Below, in pieces: positions 24,796-32,000 of a stretch of DNA of 32,000 bases. The stretch lies in NCBI GenBank assembly GCA_964480775.1, contig CAYZRF010000018.1:1-32000 (forward strand), given 5' to 3'. The stretch is from an uncultured Nitrososphaerota archaeon (lineage in GTDB: Archaea; Korarchaeota; Korarchaeia; Korarchaeales; Korarchaeaceae). The translations under genes and the position numbers were made by a program. The number at the start of each line of letters is the position of its first letter. Positions within the stretch are counted from its first letter, which is position 1. The notes beneath the pieces are model-generated. The model did no database searches and was not told the origin of the DNA. It saw only the letters and a list, made by a program, of their open reading frames with translations.

Positions 24796-25995
24796 TCAAG
24801 TAGCATAATGGAGTATTGCGTACGCTCCAACTATCATAAGTAAGATTCCTGCAATTAGTTTCATTAATGGATACTTAGTACCTCTCCAATATTTTAGAGT
24901 CCTGAGTTTTACTCCAAACAGGTTAATTCCCAGCAATATTATGGCTAGTGGCAAAATGAAGACAATGTTGTATATGAGTAGAACTAAAACCTGTTTTCCA
25001 AAAGGGAGTTTTGCTATAAGTCCTACTGTCACCAGGTAAGGTCCCCAAGAACAAGGCAGCAGCGTGAAGCTCAGAAGTATTCCTAATCCAAAAGCTCCTA
25101 CAACGCTAGCTTTAGTTCCAATCTCCTCCACCTTCTCAGCAGTGATCCTCTTAAGAGGTCCTGGTAGAGTTGATTTGAATGGGGTAACTACTGCGGAGAA
25201 AACTTCATATCCTCCAAAAGCCAAGGCTATTGCACCGATTAACACAAGAATCCATGAATGGCTAGTAATAAGCATTGATAGCACGGTTCTTAGGCTAAGC
25301 CCAAGTAAGAAATAAGATAGGTACACCGTTAATATGAATGCAAATCCCACCCAAGTGCCCCTCTTTTTGCCCACTGACTGTACAGATAGGATTATTAAGA
25401 CCAGAAATATGCTCAAGACACAAGGATTTACTGAATCTGCAGCAGCAGCTAAAATAACTCCAGGGAGGATTGTTCTCAACGATTTTTCTTTAATAGAGAT
25501 GGTCGGACGTGTTTCGTTCTCATTTTGAACGCCAATGAAGAGATTTTCTAAAGTTAAGATTGTGTTTTCGTTTGTTAGATTCCCAACGATTTTTCCTTCC
25601 CAAGCAATGAGAACAGATTGTCTCTCCGTGTTATTTAATACTTCAAACCAAAAGCTAACTGGCGTATATCCCACAGTCACCGCTAGCAAGCTATTGTTCC
25701 AAAAAACTCCAACAAGAGGGGTTTCAGGGCTTTTTCCCTCACCATAAACCATTTTTATAATCTTTAAGGCTCGATAAAGGCTTTCATTTTCCTGAAGATC
25801 AAAGAAGCGTATTGTCTCATTTCCATATATCTTGCTCAATTCGTTCTTAATTCTTCTACAATTAGGACATTGTTCTGTTCCATACATCAAGAACAAGGGT
25901 TCCTGATCTGGCAAAACATCCAAAATGGATTGTGTAAAGAGAAGCAATGCGATTGTAAGGGAGAATAAAAGCTTGCTTTTCTTCATCTTTCTCAC
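24796..25995 (-). CDS. Thioredoxin/glutaredoxin-like domain fused to DsbD/CcdA-type thiol:disulfide transmembrane electron transporter
   Basis: Signal/anchor, then EQCPNC (CxxC) in a Trx-like domain. The polytopic domain carries AADSVNPC and LLPCSWGP, the two conserved Cys motifs of CcdA/DsbD. Confidence 0.8.
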   Translation of the reverse strand: MRKMKKSKLLFSLTIALLLFTQSILDVLPDQEPLFLMYGTEQCPNCRRIKNELSKIYGNETIRFFDLQENESLYRALKIIKMVYGEGKSPETPLVGVFWNNSLLAVTVGYTPVSFWFEVLNNTERQSVLIAWEGKIVGNLTNENTILTLENLFIGVQNENETRPTISIKEKSLRTILPGVILAAAADSVNPCVLSIFLVLIILSVQSVGKKRGTWVGFAFILTVYLSYFLLGLSLRTVLSMLITSHSWILVLIGAIALAFGGYEVFSAVVTPFKSTLPGPLKRITAEKVEEIGTKASVVGAFGLGILLSFTLLPCSWGPYLVTVGLIAKLPFGKQVLVLLIYNIVFILPLAIILLGINLFGVKLRTLKYWRGTKYPLMKLIAGILLMIVGAYAILHYAT

Positions 25996-26226
25996 TTTCC
26001 TCTCATTAGCTCAATTCGTTTTATTTTATGGTGTTTGCAAATATCTTCCTGTAAAAAGAGTCCTGTAATATAAAGGTCTATAACTTATTCACAATCAAAA
26101 TGGAGAATTAAGGGATCAGTTTTCCAGGGGTTCTTGAAAGGTCCTATATAATGCATTTCTTATTCTCGTTGGGTTTCGAATGAGCAACGCGAACAGCACA
26201 CCTAAATTTTTGAACCGATTAATTAG

Positions 26227-27324
26227 GTGATGAAAAAGGCTATCATAATCTGCATAGATGGGTGTGATCCAGAGTATTTAGAAGATAGGCTTCCAAATTT
26301 TTGTAGATTTAGACAGAGATTCGGTCTTGCCATCGTCCCTACCATCACAAACGTCAACAGCGTTTCTATCATAACTGGAGTCTACCCAAAAGATCATGGA
26401 ATAACCTCAAACTTCTACTATGACAGGAAGTCGGGAAAGGCCTACTATATGGAATCTGCGGACTCCATCTTGGTTGAGAACATATTCGAGAGGGCAGCAA
26501 GAAGTGGACTTACGTCCGCACTTATCACTGCGAAGGATAAACTCAGAACTCTTCTAGGCAAAGGAACAAGTCTCTCCTTTTCGGCTGAAAAACCTCCGAG
26601 CTGGATTATTGATAAGATCGGACCTCCTCCTAAGATCTACTCTGTAGAAGTAAATGAATGGCTATTCAAGTCGTTTCTTGAAGTAATAAAAGATTTTGAC
26701 TCAGATCTCTCTTTCCTTATGACTACAGACTATGTCATGCACAAATTTCCGCCAGAAAGCCAAGAAGCTAAAAGAAACATGAGGATGATTGATAAATGGC
26801 TTGGAATACTGCTTGATTATTTGGAAACAAGGAATAGTTCAGAATACTTGGTATTCCTCACAGCCGATCACGGAATGTCCAATAAAACAAAGGGATTAGA
26901 TCTGGAGAAATTACTTGAAAAAGAGGGCATAAAAGCCAAATCCATACCTATAATAAAAGACAGATATGTAGTACACCATCAAAACCTAGGAGGATCTTCT
27001 TACCTCTATCTTGAGGCTGAAAGTAAAGTTAAGGATGCAATGGAGGTTCTTTCTGGAACTGAAGGGATAGAGCATGTGATGAGCAGAGAGGAAGCTTCGT
27101 CAACCTTTAACTTGCATCCTGATAGAATTGGGGACATCTTCATTCTAGGAGAAAGAGATGTTGTCTTTGGAAAAGGAGAAAAGGGGCTTTTCGACGTAAA
27201 GATAAGATCTCATGGTTCACTACACGAAAGAAAGGTTCCTATATTTGTGTACGGAGACTCTATCGAAGTCAAAGAGAATAAAGATGTCGGTTACTTGGCC
27301 CTTAATTGGGTGACTGAAGGTTAA
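26227..27324 (+). CDS. Alkaline-phosphatase-superfamily phosphodiesterase / nucleotide pyrophosphatase (PF01663-like, phosphonoacetate-hydrolase-like)
   Basis: IIICIDGCDPEYL, PTITNVNSVSIITGVYPKDHGI (Thr nucleophile region), TADHGM and SHGSLHE metal-ligand motifs. ATG 26230 is a likely alternative to GTG 26227. Confidence 0.8.
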   Translation: MMKKAIIICIDGCDPEYLEDRLPNFCRFRQRFGLAIVPTITNVNSVSIITGVYPKDHGITSNFYYDRKSGKAYYMESADSILVENIFERAARSGLTSALITAKDKLRTLLGKGTSLSFSAEKPPSWIIDKIGPPPKIYSVEVNEWLFKSFLEVIKDFDSDLSFLMTTDYVMHKFPPESQEAKRNMRMIDKWLGILLDYLETRNSSEYLVFLTADHGMSNKTKGLDLEKLLEKEGIKAKSIPIIKDRYVVHHQNLGGSSYLYLEAESKVKDAMEVLSGTEGIEHVMSREEASSTFNLHPDRIGDIFILGERDVVFGKGEKGLFDVKIRSHGSLHERKVPIFVYGDSIEVKENKDVGYLALNWVTEG

Positions 27325-27377
27325 TCTACAATGAACTGATTTCTTCACTTATCTTTTAGTTAACGTGAAATGCGCAG

Positions 27378-27845
27378 TTATTTTTCTTTTGCTATTATCT
27401 CCTTCTTATACCCTATTTTTAGAAGTTCTGATGGCTCGAACTTGAGTCCTGAGTACTCAGTTCCTCCCGCCCCAATTACCCAATCCATTGAAAATACGCT
27501 TTCATCCACGAAAACCTGACACTTCCCCCTGAAGGCTATAGGAGGGACTCCTCCAGCTTTGAAGCCAGTGAAAGAAAGAATTTCTTCCTCTCTGGCCAAC
27601 CGAAGTTTTTTCAACCCAGACAGCTTCTCCAGTTTTCTGACGTCTGCTTTTGACGCACCCAAAAGAATGGCCCCTACAAATGAGCCTTCTTTTGATTTAA
27701 AGAGCAAAGACTTTATTATCCTACTAACTGGAACCCCTAGAGCTTTTGCTGCGTCTTCACTCGTTCTTCCACTGTTTTTATGAAAAATTATCTCTCCTTT
27801 GAATCCAAATTCATCCATCATCTTCTTTGTCAGCTCTACGCCCAT
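27378..27845 (-). CDS. YbaK/ProX-type aminoacyl-tRNA trans-editing deacylase
   Basis: IIKSLLFKSKEGSFVGAILLGASKADVRKLEKL ... FTGFKAGGVPPIAF ... VFVDESV follows the YbaK/EbsC family pattern. 155 aa. Confidence 0.85.
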   Translation of the reverse strand: MGVELTKKMMDEFGFKGEIIFHKNSGRTSEDAAKALGVPVSRIIKSLLFKSKEGSFVGAILLGASKADVRKLEKLSGLKKLRLAREEEILSFTGFKAGGVPPIAFRGKCQVFVDESVFSMDWVIGAGGTEYSGLKFEPSELLKIGYKKEIIAKEK

Positions 27846-27901
27846 CCCACGAGTTCAGATCTAAAACAAAATAATGATTTCGCTATGTCTACCTAAGGAT
27901 A

Positions 27902-29299
27902 TTAGATTTTTCCAACTTTCTTGAGCTTGTATCTCTCATAGATTAAGAATAGGTCTTCGCCTTCTTTGATGAATTCCGTGGGTATCTTTCTGTCCATAGT
28001 TATGGCATGGAAGACTTTTACATCGCCCTCTACGCTTGCCGGTATTAGAGGTACAACCATCTCGGTATGCTTGTCTCTCCTTTCAACAAGCAGTAAACCT
28101 CCTCCCTTTCTCACCAAAACTCTCATTGTACCCTTGTAGGTCTCATACACTCCAGAAAGTTCATCTAAGATTCTCTCATACTTTATAACTGGTAATTCCA
28201 TCGGGTTTTCCCCTAACATGAGTGCTAAGGCATATTCTCCTATGTAGCTCAAAGGATAACCGCTGCCATTGGCAAGTATCACGACACCAATGTCCTTTTC
28301 TGGAATAAAGCCCATATACGCAGTCGATACCAAAACACTTCCACCATGTCCAATAAGCTGATAACCAAAGAAATCAGGTCTTATTCCCAGACCATAACCA
28401 TAGTACATCAGGTCTTTACTTATGAAAGGCTCGTGAGGCAAGCGTATTCTTGGTTTCATCATCTCTTTTATGGAATTCTCATCTACTATCCTCCCTCCAT
28501 CGCTTTTACCATAGTTGATGAACATCTCTACGTATTTTGACATGTCAATAACGCTGCTTATGAGCCCGCCATCACTTAAAATCGCTCCGTATGGATATGT
28601 GCTAGGTAATCTCTCCCCTGTCTTTGTCACGATGTATGGTATGGCTACATCAGGATCTCTCTCAACTTCTTCCTTGTGGAAATAACTTCTCTTCATTCCT
28701 AGAGGTTCGATTATGTGTTTCTTAACGTAATCAGCGTAGTCTTCTCCAGAAACCTTTTCTATTATATAACCAAGCAAAATATAGCCTTCATTTAGGTAAA
28801 ACCACCTTTCCCCAGGTTTTGAGTGGACCCATTCTTCAGCGTCTGCCATAAACGTGAACATATCCTGGTAGCTTGATATCGGAAGCCATTTATCCGACGA
28901 CTTAGTTGTTTGTCTGATAACTGCTTCAGCATACGCCAGAGCTGGGATTCCGCTTGTATGGCTCATTAAGTGCCAAATCCTAATTGGCTCGCCCTTGGGC
29001 TTTATTTCCAGAGGTACATATTCTTCTATAGGGTCTTCAACGCTTAATGCTCCCTTCTCTTGTAGCTGCATTATAGCTAGGCACGTAAAAGATTTTGTAA
29101 CGCTACCAATGCAGTAAAGAGTCTCTGGGGTTGCTGAAAGACCATTTGAGAGGTCTTTAAAGCCGAATCCCCTTTTGTAAATCAAATCTCCATTTTTAAC
29201 AGCAGCTATGCTTAGACCAGGAAGTTTTGTCTCTGACATTTTCTCGAAGATGAAATCCTCCAGACTTTCGAAATCACCAGACAGAGGTCTCATCACCAT
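27902..29299 (-). CDS. Serine hydrolase, beta-lactamase/DD-peptidase (class C-type) family with C-terminal extra domain
   Basis: SxxK motif in YCIGSVTKSF, a YxN-like YLNEGY, and HGG near the end of the catalytic domain. About 90 extra C-terminal residues are reminiscent of archaeal Pab87-type self-compartmentalising peptidases. Confidence 0.85.
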   Translation of the reverse strand: MVMRPLSGDFESLEDFIFEKMSETKLPGLSIAAVKNGDLIYKRGFGFKDLSNGLSATPETLYCIGSVTKSFTCLAIMQLQEKGALSVEDPIEEYVPLEIKPKGEPIRIWHLMSHTSGIPALAYAEAVIRQTTKSSDKWLPISSYQDMFTFMADAEEWVHSKPGERWFYLNEGYILLGYIIEKVSGEDYADYVKKHIIEPLGMKRSYFHKEEVERDPDVAIPYIVTKTGERLPSTYPYGAILSDGGLISSVIDMSKYVEMFINYGKSDGGRIVDENSIKEMMKPRIRLPHEPFISKDLMYYGYGLGIRPDFFGYQLIGHGGSVLVSTAYMGFIPEKDIGVVILANGSGYPLSYIGEYALALMLGENPMELPVIKYERILDELSGVYETYKGTMRVLVRKGGGLLLVERRDKHTEMVVPLIPASVEGDVKVFHAITMDRKIPTEFIKEGEDLFLIYERYKLKKVGKI

Positions 29300-29433
29300 G
29301 ATGTTGTTCGTTTCATATTGCTTTAAAGTATGGACGCGTTAACCAGAAACTCGTAAGAATACTATCTCGTACTGTTTATGAATAGACTAGTAAGCAAAGC
29401 ACCAAGTGTGAGAAAGGCTTCAGCTTAAAGGGC

Positions 29434-30350
29434 TCAATAATTCGAGCTAAGTTCCTCTAGAAGATCAAGATCCTCTTTTCTAAGTTCAATTTCTGCAGCT
29501 TCAGCATTTTGCTTTACATGTCCTTCCTTTTTAGCACTTGGTATCACTACGACATTATCATGTCTGAGGATCCAGCTCAGTGCTATTCGGGAGACTAAAA
29601 TTCCCTTTTTAGAAGATATCTCATCGAGTACCTCTAACAGACTCGCTATATTTCCTACTCTCCCATACATGATGTAAATGAAAACTCTCTAAAGAGTCCT
29701 TTTGGCATTTTACCCGGACCATAGTTCCCAGTAAGCAGACCTTATGCAAGCGGACTATATGCTATCAATGTTAGACCTTCTTTCTGACAGTAGGGATCAG
29801 GTTTCTCTCTGGATTTCTTCTGAGGAGATTATATTCGACCTGATTAGAAACTATATCTTTTTTTAAGGGCTTCCCTCGCTCTCTGAAGTCTGTTCAGAGA
29901 GAAGTTGCTGACTCCAATCGTTCGAATTTTCGCTTCGTCTGCCAATTCTTCCATAGCTCTCATCGTCTCTTCAATTGGAATTAATGGATTTGGCCAGTGT
30001 ACTTGGTAAAGATCGATGTATTTAGTATCTAATCGTTTTAGACTTCGTTTTAGGGCCTTCTTTACCCCTTTATACGTTAGATGTATTGGAGATACCTTCG
30101 TTGCTATTACCACCTCTTCTCTAACGTCTTTGACCGCTTCTCCTATTGTGATCTCAGATACTCCCCCACCGTATGATTCTGCGGTATCTATGAAGTTTAT
30201 TCCACAATCTAATGCTGTTCTTATGAGTTTTATTGCTTGATCGCGGTCAAACTCCTTTCCCCATCCCCAATATAAGCTACCTATCTGCCAAGTTCCCAGC
30301 CCTACTTTGGAGATTTTGATCCCAGATCTTCCTAGTTCCAAGTACTTCAT
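29434..30350 (-). pseudogene. Aldo/keto reductase pseudogene (at least 4 lesions)
   Basis: The N-terminal 168 aa (GLGTWQIG, DTAESYGGG, YQVHWP) and the C-terminal 78 aa (ALSWILRHDNVVVIPSAKK) are AKR pieces in different frames. Hand translation of 29671-29870 recovers IVSNQVEYNLLRRNPE and PYCQKEGLTLIAYSPLA*GLLTGNY across two frame changes plus an in-frame TAA (29742-29744). Confidence 0.8.
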
Positions 30351-30603
30351 CTAAAATCCCCTTAGGTTAAAAGAAATCTGGGTTGAGAGCCATTGAAAAG
30401 TCTTCATGTATTATTAAAAGCTCATTTCGCCGTTTCTTGAAAAGAATGTAAGAATAGAATATATTAAAGAGAAGTCAATTGCCAAAAGTAGGTCCGGTCA
30501 GGAATTAGAAATACATCGGAGCCGCTTCCAGTTCGAACCATTATCATGATGGTTATGAAAAGAGATACGAGCATAAACAGTGGAAAGGAACTAAAGAAGT
30601 TCT

Positions 30604-31152
30604 TCACCAACGTCGGAGTCTTAGGGGTCTTTCTGAAAAAACCACCATTAACCTTCCCTCATCAACTATCATTGCTCTACCAATCCCTAGGAGCTTCATT
30701 AAGATCAAGATATCTCCGACTGACCCTAAGAAGTTTAAGAAAGAAATTATTCTTAGAACGGGCAAATCTGAAAAAATAAAGGGCAAAAAGCTGAGTAATA
30801 GAGGAGATATGGCTATGAGGAAAAACTTCCGCTTTCCTATCTTTCCTTTTATTGCAAGATATATGTAATAGCCTCTGAATCCTAATCTGAATCTCAGCTT
30901 CAAGATTTTGATTATAATTATATGAACGCCTTCATGGAGTGCTACTACTACAAATGTAAGTGCAAGAAAAAAGAGATAATCATACGGACATTTAAACATA
31001 AATTGCACTTGTCTGGACCCTACGAGAATTAAAGATATTGGAAACAAGACTAAGAAGGCTCCAATAACTTCAATTTTGTTAGGAACCTCCATCCTCCACT
31101 CTATGTAATTCTTTTGCAGCTGGAAACCATGGGTAGAGTCAAAATTCATCAT
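30604..31152 (-). CDS. DUF3267-family putative membrane zincin peptidase
   Basis: HEGVH (HExxH) follows the first TM helix and several further TM helices follow, as in DUF3267. Confidence 0.7.
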   Translation of the reverse strand: MMNFDSTHGFQLQKNYIEWRMEVPNKIEVIGAFLVLFPISLILVGSRQVQFMFKCPYDYLFFLALTFVVVALHEGVHIIIIKILKLRFRLGFRGYYIYLAIKGKIGKRKFFLIAISPLLLSFLPFIFSDLPVLRIISFLNFLGSVGDILILMKLLGIGRAMIVDEGRLMVVFSERPLRLRRW

Positions 31153-31308
31153 ACATTACATACTATAGCTCCCGAACGTAATATTATACGTGCTGTTTGT
31201 CATAAAGGGCTTTAGTTAGATTACTTGTTTCCTCCTTTAATGGCCTCTAAGTCCATCAACGCTCCCTGTGCAAAAGATTATTAGATAAAAATCTCAGTAC
31301 GGGAGGAT

Positions 31309-31737
31309 ATGACCGAGAAATCCACGCATAAGTCCAACAGATTGAATGAATTCCAAGTTATTCTGATTTTAATTACTGCAACTTTTCTAATTATCTATGT
31401 TTCCAAGCTAAGGGTTGTTGATGATCGTTTATACAGATCTCTTCCATCGAATGCTCCTCTTATAAGCTTTTTGACGCTTGTTTTTTCCCTTTATCTTCTT
31501 AGAATGATTTTTAGGGAGTTTGAGCCCCAACTAATAGAAGAGAAACGCTCTAGCAGAGACCTTTTAGATGTCTTCATTTTATTGGTGCTAATGTTTCCTG
31601 GAACTGGGCTTTCTGCTATAATTCTTCCAAGAATGGGATTCCCTGAGTGGATTCCTTTTGCTATGAGGGGTTGGACGTATGTCTTCCTCCCGACAGTGTA
31701 CGTCTTAATGTGGAAAAAGAAAATTGGTCAAGTTTAG
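31309..31737 (+). CDS. Hypothetical membrane protein (4 TM)
   Basis: 142-aa ORF with four hydrophobic segments. I recognise no family. Confidence 0.5.
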   Translation: MTEKSTHKSNRLNEFQVILILITATFLIIYVSKLRVVDDRLYRSLPSNAPLISFLTLVFSLYLLRMIFREFEPQLIEEKRSSRDLLDVFILLVLMFPGTGLSAIILPRMGFPEWIPFAMRGWTYVFLPTVYVLMWKKKIGQV

Positions 31738-32000
31738 GCTTTAGAGGAAGATCCCTACTACGAACGGATATCATATATGCTCTTTCGACTGCTATCGTAG
31801 GGGTGACTGCCATCGATGCTTTAAACTTCCTAATCTCAAAAGCAATAGGAACTCCATTAGAGCTACAAACTATGGGAATTCCCTTTAGATCCCTACTTCC
31901 ATTTGCACTGATTCATGCCACGGATATGTTTCAAAACGTGGCATGGAACGGGTTAATCCAGAACAGGATAGAGGGATATTTCGGATGGAGTTCAAAAGGA
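31710..32000 (+). CDS. Partial ORF running off the window (membrane protein, possibly CPBP/Abi-like)
   Basis: My own translation from GTG 31710 is open to the window end: ...IIYALSTAIVGVTAIDALNFLISKAIGTPLELQTMGIPFRSLLPFALIHATDMFQNVAWNGLIQNRIEGYFGWSSKG. It is not in the ORF track because no stop is reached. The start is uncertain. Confidence 0.3.
   Translation, partial: MEKENWSSLGFRGRSLLRTDIIYALSTAIVGVTAIDALNFLISKAIGTPLELQTMGIPFRSLLPFALIHATDMFQNVAWNGLIQNRIEGYFGWSSKG

Noticed and set aside
30546-30779. 77-aa plus-strand ORF overlapping the DUF3267 gene.
   Set aside because: The opposite strand encodes a protein with an HExxH motif and consistent TM topology. This frame is Leu/Lys/Arg-rich without features.
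1-32000. Window-wide scan for CRISPR arrays, tRNA/rRNA genes, IS elements, integrases and long direct or terminal inverted repeats.
   Set aside because: I found none by eye. There are no regularly spaced repeats, no GC-rich cloverleaf-like segments in the intergenic gaps, and no transposase or integrase-like translations. A computational scan (tRNAscan-SE, CRISPR finder, self-dotplot) would be needed to exclude them formally.

Overview
Gene-dense chromosomal segment that looks archaeal and thermophile-like: Lys/Glu/Ile-rich proteins, four small archaeal-type winged-helix proteins, A/T-rich TATA-like spacers and a TM-anchored solute-binding protein. GC is moderately low by eye; I did not compute it. 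I can support about 33 protein-coding loci, two of which are decayed genes. The content is mostly housekeeping or accessory metabolism. It includes rubredoxin, an AAG-type 3-methyladenine glycosylase, a flippase-like/GT4 pair, a wHTH + UbiA prenyltransferase pair, and a wHTH + radical-SAM/SPASM operon. It also includes a TbpA/ThiP/ThiQ-like thiamine ABC importer, NadE, a YfcE phosphodiesterase, UppP, a 1035-aa SF2 helicase, a GNAT, a second radical SAM enzyme and a thioredoxin-DsbD fusion. The rest are an alkaline-phosphatase-superfamily enzyme, a YbaK deacylase, a class-C-type serine hydrolase and a DUF3267 zincin-like membrane protein. I saw no rRNA, tRNA, CRISPR array, transposase or integrase by eye. 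I do not see a clear-cut new multi-gene system. The best candidates for follow-up are: (1) the helicase, which reads as a MrfA/YprA-type DUF1998 helicase that has lost the Cys4 zinc site and gained a C-terminal domain resembling a catalytically degenerate MrfB/YprB-type exonuclease; (2) the translationally coupled wHTH-rSAM/SPASM operon, with a ~120-aa N-terminal extension, beside a ~590-bp A/T-rich non-coding region carrying perfect palindromes and tiny ORFs; (3) two decayed genes (M20 peptidase stump, multi-lesion aldo/keto reductase). All functional calls come from reading motifs in the translations. No database search was run.
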